A program made the position numbers and the translations under genes. Shown one piece after another: positions 18,450 through 27,311 of a DNA stretch of 64,000 nt. Below the pieces are notes generated by a model, which saw only the letters and a list, made by a program, of their open reading frames with translations, ran no database searches and had not been told where the DNA came from. Each line of letters starts with the position of its first letter. Within the stretch, counting starts at the first letter, position 1. Origin of the DNA: Candidatus Saccharimonadales bacterium (lineage in GTDB: Bacteria; Patescibacteriota; Saccharimonadia; Saccharimonadales; UBA4665); assembly GCA_044227625.1 (NCBI GenBank), contig JBGAWL010000001.1, positions 6,735 to 70,734 of the forward strand. Reading direction: 5' to 3'.

Positions 18450-18845
18450 ATGCGAAAAGTCGGCACCATTATCGTCCCGCCAGGTGTATTTGTGAGCGTC
18501 CAAGAAAAACGTGCGGCGGATTATATTGCACTGCATTTATACGAAGATGTAACTTTTTTACTCCCGCGCAGACAATCAGGCGCCAAGACGCCCGATATTG
18601 AGATGGGCGGCAAAAAATGGGAGATAAAATGCCCTCGTGGCAAAAGCTCTCGAACTATCGAAAATAACTTACGCGCCGCTCTGCGCCAATCCCAGCATAT
18701 TATTCTCGACCTTAGAGGGATGGATGGTAGGGTGCCAACTAAGAAGCTCCTCGCTGAAGCGAGTAGACAATTTCAGCTCACACGCAAACTGCGTCATCTT
18801 ATTGTCATCACACGCGAAGAGAAGCATATTGACTTTGCGCGCTAG
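18450..18845 (+). CDS. Hypothetical protein with a PD-(D/E)xK-like motif
   Basis: 131 aa. TPDIEMGGKKWEIK fits the P-D...E-x-K spacing of restriction-endonuclease-fold nucleases. No other support. Confidence 0.4.
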   Translation: MRKVGTIIVPPGVFVSVQEKRAADYIALHLYEDVTFLLPRRQSGAKTPDIEMGGKKWEIKCPRGKSSRTIENNLRAALRQSQHIILDLRGMDGRVPTKKLLAEASRQFQLTRKLRHLIVITREEKHIDFAR

Positions 18846-18866
18846 TTTTGCTACTATTTTTAGCAG

Positions 18867-18915
18867 AAACGGGACGCCACTGCTGGATAGCGGAGGCCAG
18901 CCCGTTTTCTTTTTA
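18867..18915. terminator. Terminator-like hairpin between convergent genes
   Basis: AAACGGG...GCTGG-loop-CCAGC-CCGTTT, followed by TTTTCTTTTT. Confidence 0.4.
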
Positions 18916-18948
18916 TATACTTTGTGATCTACTCAATCAGGCCCTTGC

Positions 18949-19371
18949 TTAAAACCAGGTGTTTTTCTTGTAGACTTCGTACCGTTTGCCGAAAGCATCG
19001 TGCAGCTTTCGTTCTTCGGCTCTTATTCTGCTCATTTCCAAGATAATCAATACTGCTACGGCGCCGAAGAGGTAATAGTTCGCCACAGCCAATGTGATGC
19101 CGATGAGCGCCAAGATAGAGAAATAGTACACCGGGTGCCTGAATCTGGCATATAGACCCGTTGTGACGAGTTCATTTGCATGAGCACCTATGGAAAAGTT
19201 ATTGGCGAGCTGGACGCGGGCGGTAATCCACAGGGCAAATGCAGTCACTGCCAGTACTATGCCAACAATCTGCACGGCAGTAACGCCGCTGCGAACCACG
19301 ACATAGAAAAGGGTAAGCGATGCGATGCAATATGCCACCGGAATGAGGATTTTAAGCTGGTGTTTTTTCAT
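18949..19371 (-). CDS. Isoprenylcysteine carboxyl / phospholipid methyltransferase family membrane protein
   Basis: Multi-TM protein with YARFRHPVYYFSILALIG (RHP-x-Y motif). The likely start is MKKHQLK at 19371. The ORF's N-terminal extension overlaps trhO. Confidence 0.65.
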   Translation of the reverse strand: MKKHQLKILIPVAYCIASLTLFYVVVRSGVTAVQIVGIVLAVTAFALWITARVQLANNFSIGAHANELVTTGLYARFRHPVYYFSILALIGITLAVANYYLFGAVAVLIILEMSRIRAEERKLHDAFGKRYEVYKKNTWF

Positions 19372-20257
19372 GATGTTTGTTCTCGCAGTCTTTCGTGTGG
19401 TACAGCTTTTTGGGGTCGCGCTTGCATGATTCGCAGATGAGTACAAGGTCGTTGCAAGCTGGGTTGGCACAGTTTTCGTAGTTGCTGGTCTTGCCTTTGC
19501 AGTGGATGCACTGACCAATCACCTTGGCATGGTCACTAAAGTTCATACCCATACGGCCGTCAAATACGTAGAGATTTCCCTCCCACAGCCCGTCGTCACC
19601 ATACGCTTCGCCGTACTTTACGATACCGCCGTCTATTTGGTAAACGTCCTTGAAGCCGCGCTGTTTCATCATGGCACTCAGTAGTTCGCAGCGCACGCCA
19701 CCCGTGCAGTAGGAAATGACTTTTTTATTTTTCAGGTCATCGTATTTACCACTCTCTAGCTCTCTCTTAAAGTCGCGTGAAGTGCGCGTGTCTGGTACTA
19801 CCGCGTTTTTAAAACGGCCAACGGCAGCCTCGTACTGGTTGCGCCCGTCAAAGAACACAACGTCATCGCCATATTGCGACACCAGCTCATTTACTTCGTG
19901 TGGTTTTAGGTGCGGCCCAGTGCCAACAACGCCTTTTTCATCCACCTGTATTTCGTCCCACGTTTCAAATGCAACGAGCTCTTTTTTAACCTTCACACTC
20001 ATGCGCGGAAAGTTGTCTCGCCCACCTTCACTCCATTTCCATAGTATGTCTTTGAAGCCAGGAAATTCTTTTGTCTTCTTTACGTACGACTTAAGGTCTT
20101 CTATGTCTCCGCCCACCGTGCCGTTTATACCCTGCGCGCTCACCAGTATGCGGCCATGCAAGTTGAGCGAATCACACAACGTTTTTTGCCACAGCTTAAG
20201 CATTTCCGGGTCTTTGACTGGGGTGAATTTGTAGTACAGCAAAATCTTTTCCATCAC
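19352..20257 (-). CDS. trhO: Rhodanese-related sulfurtransferase / tRNA U34 hydroxylase TrhO (UPF0176, YceA-like)
   Basis: ILLYYKF..., GRILVSAQGINGTVGG, rhodanese active-site CTGGVRCE, and a C-terminal Cys cluster. Confidence 0.8.
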   Translation of the reverse strand: MMEKILLYYKFTPVKDPEMLKLWQKTLCDSLNLHGRILVSAQGINGTVGGDIEDLKSYVKKTKEFPGFKDILWKWSEGGRDNFPRMSVKVKKELVAFETWDEIQVDEKGVVGTGPHLKPHEVNELVSQYGDDVVFFDGRNQYEAAVGRFKNAVVPDTRTSRDFKRELESGKYDDLKNKKVISYCTGGVRCELLSAMMKQRGFKDVYQIDGGIVKYGEAYGDDGLWEGNLYVFDGRMGMNFSDHAKVIGQCIHCKGKTSNYENCANPACNDLVLICESCKRDPKKLYHTKDCENKHHEKTPA

Positions 20258-20339
20258 TGACAGTATACTGCAAAGTGGATATCTGTTGTAAGTTCCAAAC
20301 TATTTTTTCCATACCCTTACGCGTACAATACGATGTACT

Positions 20340-20768
20340 GTGCTCACACAAAATGACTTGACACTCATAAAACAGGCAGTGGTCGATACCACTGCACCTA
20401 TGTTTGAAATGGTATTTGAGCGTTTCGATGGGCTTGAGGGGCGGATGGATAGGCTTGAGGGGCGGATGGATGGGCTCGAGAATGAACTTTACTCCTTCAA
20501 GATCTCTGTCGAAGGTCGCTTTGTGGATATTGACCAAAGATTACGAGAGCTCGGCCAAAAAATTGACGACCAGACCGCGACGCTCCAAGAACGTATTGAA
20601 AGCATCAGCGAGGACATAGACCTGCTTGCCAAGCTGACCACAAAACTCGAAAAAGGTACCGTCGCAGAACGTGAGTTTGCTCGGTTAACACTCGATCACC
20701 AGGTACCAATTCTGTTTAGGCAGCTACAAACTATTGCAAAAAAGGCTGGCATTAAGCTACCGGCATAA
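20340..20768 (+). CDS. Coiled-coil hypothetical protein
   Basis: 142 aa with heptad-rich sequence, including FDGLEGRMDRLEGRMDGLENEL. Confidence 0.5.
   Translation: MLTQNDLTLIKQAVVDTTAPMFEMVFERFDGLEGRMDRLEGRMDGLENELYSFKISVEGRFVDIDQRLRELGQKIDDQTATLQERIESISEDIDLLAKLTTKLEKGTVAEREFARLTLDHQVPILFRQLQTIAKKAGIKLPA
20431..20480 (+). repeat. 21-bp tandem repeat (2 full units plus a partial) encoding a heptad repeat
   Basis: GGCTTGAGGGGCGGATGGATA / GGCTTGAGGGGCGGATGGATG / GGCTCGAG. Confidence 0.9.
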
Positions 20769-20801
20769 GATCCATTCAAATTCGTACTACATTTCTGTAC
20801 A

Positions 20802-21119
20802 ATGTCAGCCATGACACACGATGACGACGCGGATGGGTTTCTCGGCATCACATACATTCCTCACGGGTCTGACCACCTGGCAGACGATAGCAAAACCGAA
20901 CCAAACAACACCGACACAGAAAAACCAAAACACACAAAAAAACACGCTCACAACGATTCAGATGAAATTGCAGCCCTCCACCACGAGCTTGAGGTAATAG
21001 AATCGCGCCTACAGGCTTACGAGGTCGAAACAGAAGAACGGCTCAAGCATCTCGAACGTATGGCAGGCCACCCTATAACGGCCGAAGAAAAAGTGTTCCG
21101 CATACAAGAAGAATCTTAA
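20802..21119 (+). CDS. Hypothetical acidic coiled-coil protein
   Basis: 105-aa ORF directly after the previous coiled-coil gene. No family recognised. Confidence 0.45.
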   Translation: MSAMTHDDDADGFLGITYIPHGSDHLADDSKTEPNNTDTEKPKHTKKHAHNDSDEIAALHHELEVIESRLQAYEVETEERLKHLERMAGHPITAEEKVFRIQEES

Positions 21120-21301
21120 AGAAGGACTCTTGTACCCCTCGCAGAACCGGAATAAATCCGGCTGCGGCTCCCTCCTACCCAAAAGCCCTCGCCGGCGCTC
21201 GGTTCGCGGCTCATTTTACTACTGAAAGACACTTCGCTCGTGTCTACATAAATCACCCGGGATGAAAATTTAACAGATATAGGTTTCACTTCATTTTGTT
21301 G

Positions 21302-21330
21302 TTGCATTTTACTAACAGTGGTAGTATAGT
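21302..21330 (+). promoter_or_regulatory. Sigma70-like promoter upstream of the ABC exporter pair
   Basis: TTGCAT, 17-nt spacer, TATAGT. It lies about 185 nt upstream of the 21515 start. Confidence 0.35.
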
Positions 21331-21514
21331 TGTACGAATTACAAACCGTAACGGAAAGGGCGCTCACATCATGATAGATAGACTACAGACACCAAATACC
21401 GGCGCCACTACCGCGTACGGCACTCTTGTCTAAACCAGCGCTGAACACTACGTGTTCACGCATAAACACCCTATACTAGAATAAGCACGGTCGACACCTG
21501 GAGGGTCGTACCCT

Positions 21515-23296
21515 ATGAAAAACAATCAAATCAATTCTAAAGATGTCCTACACTACTACTGGCAGTGCGTTTGGCGTTACCCGCGCTTTCTATACATATG
21601 GATTGTCAGTATTCCTATTGCCTCGCTCTGCGGACGCTACTTGCCTCCGCTCGTCCTTGCTCATGCTATGGATATGCTCATAAAAAAGTCTTATAACCCA
21701 AATGACCTTATGGGAAGTTTCGGTGCGGTCTTTGCCTTATTTATCGGCTCAACATTTGCTGCTCTCCTTGCATGGAGAGCGGTAGATTTTGCTATGTGGA
21801 ATCTAGAACAACGAATTCAGCAGGACATAGCCGAACAAGTCTTTCACAGGTTGCAAGAAAGAAGCATAGATTTCCATGCCAATCACTTTGGCGGCTCGCT
21901 CGTATCGCAAACGAACAAACTTATGACCGGTTATGTACGCACCCAAGACACTACCGTCTTTCAAACATACCCAATGGTAAGCGGGATTATCATAGCCCTC
22001 TGTATTTTGTGGCAAAGGTCATCAGCGTTTAGCCTGGGTATGGCTGGGTTCATTTTGGTATATTTAGCAGTTGCCTTCACGCTGGCAAAGCCAGTCAATA
22101 AGCACCTCGAACGGTTTGCAAAGGCGGAAAGCAAACAGACGGGCTACTTAGCCGATGCAATCACAAATGCTCCGGTAATAAAGAGCTTTGCCCGCCTGCA
22201 ACACGAAAAAAATCGTTTTCATGAGTCGACACAGAATACTCGCTTACATCTGAAGAAATTTGCTCACATACAGCAGCTCCAGATAAATGCACTTGGCATT
22301 ATGCACCGTATCATTACTGGCTTCGCATTTGTTATGGCCATAGTCGCTGTTGCAAGCTGGGGAGCAAATATTTCTACCGTTTTTCTTATCTTTACCTACT
22401 CTATGACCATAGGAGATGCACTGTTCGACTTTAGCAATCAGAGTCTACGAAACTACAATCGCTCTTTTAGCGATGCAAAACAAATGCTTGGTATTTTACG
22501 TGAATCTGTAGAAGTAACTGATCCCGTGAAACCGACCACATCGCAGATGTCGCATGGGGCAATACAATTTAACCATGTCAGTTTTACCCATACCGATGCC
22601 CACGATGCGATATTCCACGATTTCTCACTTAGTATAGAGCCGGGTGAAAAGATTGGCCTAGTAGGTCACAGCGGTTCGGGTAAGACTACCTTTACTCGGC
22701 TGCTTTTACGCTACAGTGATATACAAGCCGGCGAGATCACAATAGACGGGCAAAATATAGCATCTGTTACCCAAGATGATCTGCACCAAGCAATAGCCTA
22801 CGTTCCGCAGGAACCCCTGCTCTTTCACCGCAGCATCCGGGAGAACATCGGCTATGGGAATTTGGATGCGACCGATGCCCAAATTCAACACGTCGCCGAT
22901 ATGGCTCATGCCCATGAGTTCATCACCCAGCTACCAAAGGGTTACGACACGCTTGTGGGCGAACGTGGCGTGAAACTCAGTGGCGGCCAAAGACAGCGTG
23001 TCGCCATTGCCCGCGCCATGCTCAAAGATGCCCCCATATTAGTACTCGACGAAGCAACCAGCGCACTCGACAGTGAGAGCGAAGTGCTCATTCAAGACGC
23101 ACTGTGGAAGCTTATGGAAGGTCGCACGGCTATTGTCATCGCCCACCGGTTAAGTACCATACAGAAAATGGACCGAATAGTTGTACTCGAAAACGGCAAA
23201 ATAGTCGAAGAAGGACCGCACAAAACCCTTCTAGCAAAGAAAGGCACGTACGCGAAACTATGGGCTCACCAAAGTGGAGGGTTTATAGATGAGTAA
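21515..23296 (+). CDS. ABC transporter permease/ATP-binding protein (type I exporter half-transporter)
   Basis: N-terminal six-TM domain. NBD has Walker A GHSGSGKTT, signature LSGGQRQR, Walker B ILVLDEATSALD and H-loop AHRLST. SD is GGAGGG. Confidence 0.9.
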   Translation: MKNNQINSKDVLHYYWQCVWRYPRFLYIWIVSIPIASLCGRYLPPLVLAHAMDMLIKKSYNPNDLMGSFGAVFALFIGSTFAALLAWRAVDFAMWNLEQRIQQDIAEQVFHRLQERSIDFHANHFGGSLVSQTNKLMTGYVRTQDTTVFQTYPMVSGIIIALCILWQRSSAFSLGMAGFILVYLAVAFTLAKPVNKHLERFAKAESKQTGYLADAITNAPVIKSFARLQHEKNRFHESTQNTRLHLKKFAHIQQLQINALGIMHRIITGFAFVMAIVAVASWGANISTVFLIFTYSMTIGDALFDFSNQSLRNYNRSFSDAKQMLGILRESVEVTDPVKPTTSQMSHGAIQFNHVSFTHTDAHDAIFHDFSLSIEPGEKIGLVGHSGSGKTTFTRLLLRYSDIQAGEITIDGQNIASVTQDDLHQAIAYVPQEPLLFHRSIRENIGYGNLDATDAQIQHVADMAHAHEFITQLPKGYDTLVGERGVKLSGGQRQRVAIARAMLKDAPILVLDEATSALDSESEVLIQDALWKLMEGRTAIVIAHRLSTIQKMDRIVVLENGKIVEEGPHKTLLAKKGTYAKLWAHQSGGFIDE

Positions 23297-25124
23297 GTCT
23301 AAAAAGCAGTCGAACATAGCAAGCAGCGTGAAAAAAGATTTTGCATTACTTATTCGGATTTGTAAGCGAATGCTCGGAGTCACATGGCAGCTTTCTCGTC
23401 TGGGAGTTACCGTGTATGCCATTGGCGCTTTCCTCGAGATTGCCGGCTCACTTGCTTCTATCTACGCTACCGCACAACTCGGTGCTCTCCTTGCCCGGTT
23501 CATTGTGAGCCAGAGTGACGCATCTGCGCTGTGGTATTGGCTCTGGGTCGACATTGCATGTGCAGTACTCATCGCCATCGGTTTCTGGCTAATGAGCTCC
23601 GCAAAACGAGTACTCTACTACCGTGTCGTGCAATGGTCGACGTACAATTACCAGGCAACGCTATGCCAGCTCGACATCGTTGATTTTGATGATGCCAAAA
23701 TCCGTTCGCTCATCAACAAAGTTGCCGCAGGGTACACCTGGCAGCTATCAAATCTCATGCAGTACCTACTCGACCTCACGTATGGCGTTATCCGGTTTAC
23801 GGCCATTACGGTTATTGTTGCGCAAATTGCCTGGTGGGTTGTGCCATTACTCGCATTATTCTTGATACCGAGTGTCCTGCTCGAAAACCGCTTGCAACGT
23901 CTCCAGTGGTTTGTATGGGATGAAAAGGGTGATAATCGGCATATATTCTGGGGTCTCGAGTATCTTCTAAGGCGTATACGGGCACAAATGGAGCTGAGGA
24001 GTCTTCAATCACGACGCTACATTGTCGACAAACTGCGCATGATGAACACTATATTTTACAATAAGCAAGAACGTGAATATCGTAAGGCCAGCCGTACACT
24101 CCTGCCCGCCAAAGTTATCGAAACGGTCGGCACTGCTGCAGGCAGCATATATTTACTTCGCCAATTTATAAACGGTGCAATCGGGCTTGATAGATACTTC
24201 TTTCTTTCCGGGGCGCTCCTGCGGGTCGGTGGCGCACTCAATGCTGTCTTTGGCTCTGTGAATTACATGCAAGAACCACTGCTCTTCGCGCGTGATTATT
24301 TCCAGCTAATTGACCGACAACCAAAGCTGGTTGACCGGGGGCATGCCACACCGCTCACCTCCGCCGCAGCACCTGAGATTACTTTTGAAAAGGTCGCGTT
24401 CACCTATCCACATGCCGAAAAACCAGTGTTCACCAATCTTTCCTTTACTGTGCGGGGCGGCGAACATGTCGCCCTAGTCGGTGAAAATGGTGCTGGAAAA
24501 ACCACCATCATTAAGCTGCTACTGCGTTTTTATCGACCAACACAGGGTCGTATATTGGTAGACGGAATTGACCTTCAGGATATTGCCATCGAGTCATGGT
24601 ATGAGCGTGTTGCCACCCTATTTCAAGAATTTAATCAGTACCCACTGCCTATCACTGAGAATATCGCAATAGGCCGCAGCACGGCACCAGCCGACCAAAC
24701 TCAGATAGAAGCAGCTGCTAATCAAAGTGGCGTTTCTGCATTTGTCGAAAAGTATCCATACCGTTGGGAGACGGTACTCGACAGTAGTTTCGAAAAAGGC
24801 ACTGAACCAAGCGGCGGACAGTGGCAACGGGTAGCGCTGGCACGGGCATTTTACCGCGATGCATCAGTACTCATCCTAGACGAGCCAACCTCGGCCATAG
24901 ACGCCAAGGCAGAATACGACATCTTTAATAACATATTTGAGCGGTACCAGAAACGAACGGCCATTATCGTGAGCCATCGGTTTTCCACCGTCCGTCGCGC
25001 TCATCGTATCATTGTCCTCGACAAGGGGAAGATTGTTGAGCAAGGGACGCATGCTTCGCTGATGCAGCACAATGGCCTCTACCACGAACTATTCACTAAA
25101 CAAGCTGAAGGTTATAAAGAATAG
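23289..25124 (+). CDS. ABC transporter permease/ATP-binding protein (partner half-transporter)
   Basis: Overlaps the previous gene by 8 nt. Walker A GENGAGKTT, signature PSGGQWQR, Walker B LILDEPTSAIDA, H-loop SHRFST. Confidence 0.9.
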   Translation: MSKSKKQSNIASSVKKDFALLIRICKRMLGVTWQLSRLGVTVYAIGAFLEIAGSLASIYATAQLGALLARFIVSQSDASALWYWLWVDIACAVLIAIGFWLMSSAKRVLYYRVVQWSTYNYQATLCQLDIVDFDDAKIRSLINKVAAGYTWQLSNLMQYLLDLTYGVIRFTAITVIVAQIAWWVVPLLALFLIPSVLLENRLQRLQWFVWDEKGDNRHIFWGLEYLLRRIRAQMELRSLQSRRYIVDKLRMMNTIFYNKQEREYRKASRTLLPAKVIETVGTAAGSIYLLRQFINGAIGLDRYFFLSGALLRVGGALNAVFGSVNYMQEPLLFARDYFQLIDRQPKLVDRGHATPLTSAAAPEITFEKVAFTYPHAEKPVFTNLSFTVRGGEHVALVGENGAGKTTIIKLLLRFYRPTQGRILVDGIDLQDIAIESWYERVATLFQEFNQYPLPITENIAIGRSTAPADQTQIEAAANQSGVSAFVEKYPYRWETVLDSSFEKGTEPSGGQWQRVALARAFYRDASVLILDEPTSAIDAKAEYDIFNNIFERYQKRTAIIVSHRFSTVRRAHRIIVLDKGKIVEQGTHASLMQHNGLYHELFTKQAEGYKE

Positions 25125-25153
25125 GGTATATTCCAACCGAGGAAATGAAGTGA

Positions 25154-25183
25154 AAAAGCCCCTCTTTTAACAGAGGGGCTTTT
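25154..25183. terminator. Bidirectional rho-independent terminator
   Basis: Perfect 12-bp stem AAAAGCCCCTCT-tttaac-AGAGGGGCTTTT between the convergent ABC (+) and rplY (-) genes. Confidence 0.75.
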
Positions 25184-25199
25184 AAAATCCTGGGTGAAA

Positions 25200-25883
25200 C
25201 TACTCTTTGGGAGCTTCTGGTTCAGCAGCTGGTGCTTCACCTTCAGCAGCTTCTTCGGCAGCTGGAGCGGTCTCTTCGGCGTCACCGCCAGCTTCATCGT
25301 TAGCCGCAGCGAGTGCGCTTGGCTCAAACACAGTTGCGAGCGAGTGGTTTGGCTCTGTCTCAACAACCACACCTGCCGGCACTTCTAGGTCGGCTACGGT
25401 TATCTGGTCGCCAACTGCTACGAGTTTTTCGGCGTCATAGAGTAGCTGGTCGGGCAAATCTTTTGGCAAGGCTTTCACCTCGACGGTATCTAGCTGAGTC
25501 AAAACAATGAGGCCAGCGCGTTCAGCCGGACTGGCTTCGTTGCCTTCGGCGTACCGAGGCGCAACAGGAATTTCGGCATCAACCTTCTGGTTTGCGCTCA
25601 CGGCGTTAAAGACAACGTGCGTAATGGTACCAAGGCGTGGGTCAAACGCTGCACTGCGGATAAGTGCAGTGTATTTTTTGTCACCCACTTTCAGCTCTAC
25701 CGGGTGGTGACGACCTGCTTGATGAAAGGCCTTGGCCAGCGCCTGGTATTCGGCCTGGATATGAATGGAATCTTTGCCGTGGTCATGGATGACCGCAGGG
25801 ACAACGCCTGTTTTTCTTAGGCGCTTCACACCCTTACCAAGTGTGTCACGCGGCTCTACTAGTAATGTAATAGCATCCGACAT
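25200..25883 (-). CDS. rplY: 50S ribosomal protein L25 / general stress protein Ctc (long form)
   Basis: L25 N-terminal pattern RDTLGKGVKRLRKTGVVPAVIH...HPVELKVGDKKYTALI, plus a Ctc C-domain and an acidic Ala/Glu-rich tail. Confidence 0.85.
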   Translation of the reverse strand: MSDAITLLVEPRDTLGKGVKRLRKTGVVPAVIHDHGKDSIHIQAEYQALAKAFHQAGRHHPVELKVGDKKYTALIRSAAFDPRLGTITHVVFNAVSANQKVDAEIPVAPRYAEGNEASPAERAGLIVLTQLDTVEVKALPKDLPDQLLYDAEKLVAVGDQITVADLEVPAGVVVETEPNHSLATVFEPSALAAANDEAGGDAEETAPAAEEAAEGEAPAAEPEAPKE

Positions 25884-25960
25884 GTATTTCTCCTTTTATA
25901 GTCAAAACCCTAGTATACCACTGTTAGGCCAAAAAACGAAGCTGCGGTACAATAGCCGTA

Positions 25961-26593
25961 ATGCTTGATTTTACGGAAATTGTCCGCACAGGCGGGCTAC
26001 TCATACTCTTCCTCATCATTTTTGCCGAAAGCGGCATGATGGTCGGTTTCTTTTTCCCGGGCGATACCCTGCTATTTAGTGCTGGCATACTGGCGGCTGC
26101 CGACCAGCTTCCCATAGTATGGACCATAGTAGTCATTGCTGCCGCAGCCATCATCGGCGACAACACCGGCTACCACATCGGCCGCAAGCTTGGACCGCGT
26201 CTATTCAAAAAGGAAGACGGGCTCATCTTTCGCAAAGACCTCATTATGAAGGCTGAAAAATTTTATGAAAAATGGGGCACAAAAACAATGCTCGTTGCTC
26301 ACTTTATACCAATTGTCCGCTCATTTGCCCCCGTTACGGCAGGTGCGGGCAAAATGGACTACAAACAGTTCGTCATATACGATGCCATCGGCGACATAGC
26401 GTGGGCAGCCAGTATTACTCTACTCGGCTACTATGTTGGCTCCCGCATACCGGGAGTGGAGCATTATATAGAACCAGTTCTGATTGGCATTATTCTCGTG
26501 ACGCTTCTCCCCACCATGTACCACGCCCTCAAAGACCCCAAAATCCGCGGGAAGCTTCTACCAAAAAAATTCAGAAAAACTCCTGCTGAATAA
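25961..26593 (+). CDS. DedA family membrane protein
   Basis: FAESGMMVGFFFPGDTLLFSAG...GDNTGYHIGRKLG is the canonical DedA/VTT pattern. Confidence 0.85.
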   Translation: MLDFTEIVRTGGLLILFLIIFAESGMMVGFFFPGDTLLFSAGILAAADQLPIVWTIVVIAAAAIIGDNTGYHIGRKLGPRLFKKEDGLIFRKDLIMKAEKFYEKWGTKTMLVAHFIPIVRSFAPVTAGAGKMDYKQFVIYDAIGDIAWAASITLLGYYVGSRIPGVEHYIEPVLIGIILVTLLPTMYHALKDPKIRGKLLPKKFRKTPAE

Positions 26594-26640
26594 CACAAAA
26601 ACCCAACCGAAAGTCATATATGCTTTTAACAGAGGATGAG

Positions 26641-27297
26641 CTATTTGTGCTTCTCGAGAGCAACTTTTATACCAAGTAGTATGAGAAGACCTCCCATAAA
26701 ACGCTCAAGGTAGTGCTGAACGCCGGTAACACGTTGACGAATTGAACGATGCGAAATAATTACTGCTAAAAAAGCGAACCATAGCATGGTTGCGACCACC
26801 ATTTCAGTACCCATAATAAGCTTTACCCAAAGTGGTGTAGCTGGTTGTATGACAAGCGTAAACAAACTCAAGAAGAAAAGTGTGGCTTTTGGATTCGTCA
26901 CATTGGTGATAAAACCCATTCGGAGCGCCTCAAGCTTTGTCAGATCACGGGTGTGATGTTCTCCAACTACTGCCTCATGCCGCTTAGCACGAATGGATTT
27001 GATGCCGACATATAGTAAATACCCCGCGCCAATGTATTTGAAGATATTGAACACGACTACAGATTGGGAAATAATGAGCGCGATGCCTGCAAGACAATAC
27101 GTTACGTGAACAGCAATCCCGAGACCAAGACCAATCGCACTGTACACCCCACTCCGTCGTGAGTATGCAAGACTATTGCGTAAAATCATTATGAAATCAG
27201 GGCCAGGACTCATAACGGCCAGTAGATGTATGAGTGCGACAGATAGTATCGGAGTTATGTACTGCATAGGGTTCAGTATAGCAATGGTTTGGTGCAA
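26641..27297 (-). CDS. LysE/RhtB family amino-acid exporter
   Basis: 218 aa, six TM helices, N-terminal MSPGPDFIMILRNS motif. Confidence 0.8.
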   Translation of the reverse strand: MHQTIAILNPMQYITPILSVALIHLLAVMSPGPDFIMILRNSLAYSRRSGVYSAIGLGLGIAVHVTYCLAGIALIISQSVVVFNIFKYIGAGYLLYVGIKSIRAKRHEAVVGEHHTRDLTKLEALRMGFITNVTNPKATLFFLSLFTLVIQPATPLWVKLIMGTEMVVATMLWFAFLAVIISHRSIRQRVTGVQHYLERFMGGLLILLGIKVALEKHK

Positions 27298-27311
27298 TAT
27301 GAAACCTATGA

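Noticed and set aside
21116-21367. 83-aa minus-strand ORF in the gap before the ABC genes
   Set aside because: It has no SD and an odd composition, and it overlaps the predicted ABC promoter and leader. The gap is better explained as regulatory.
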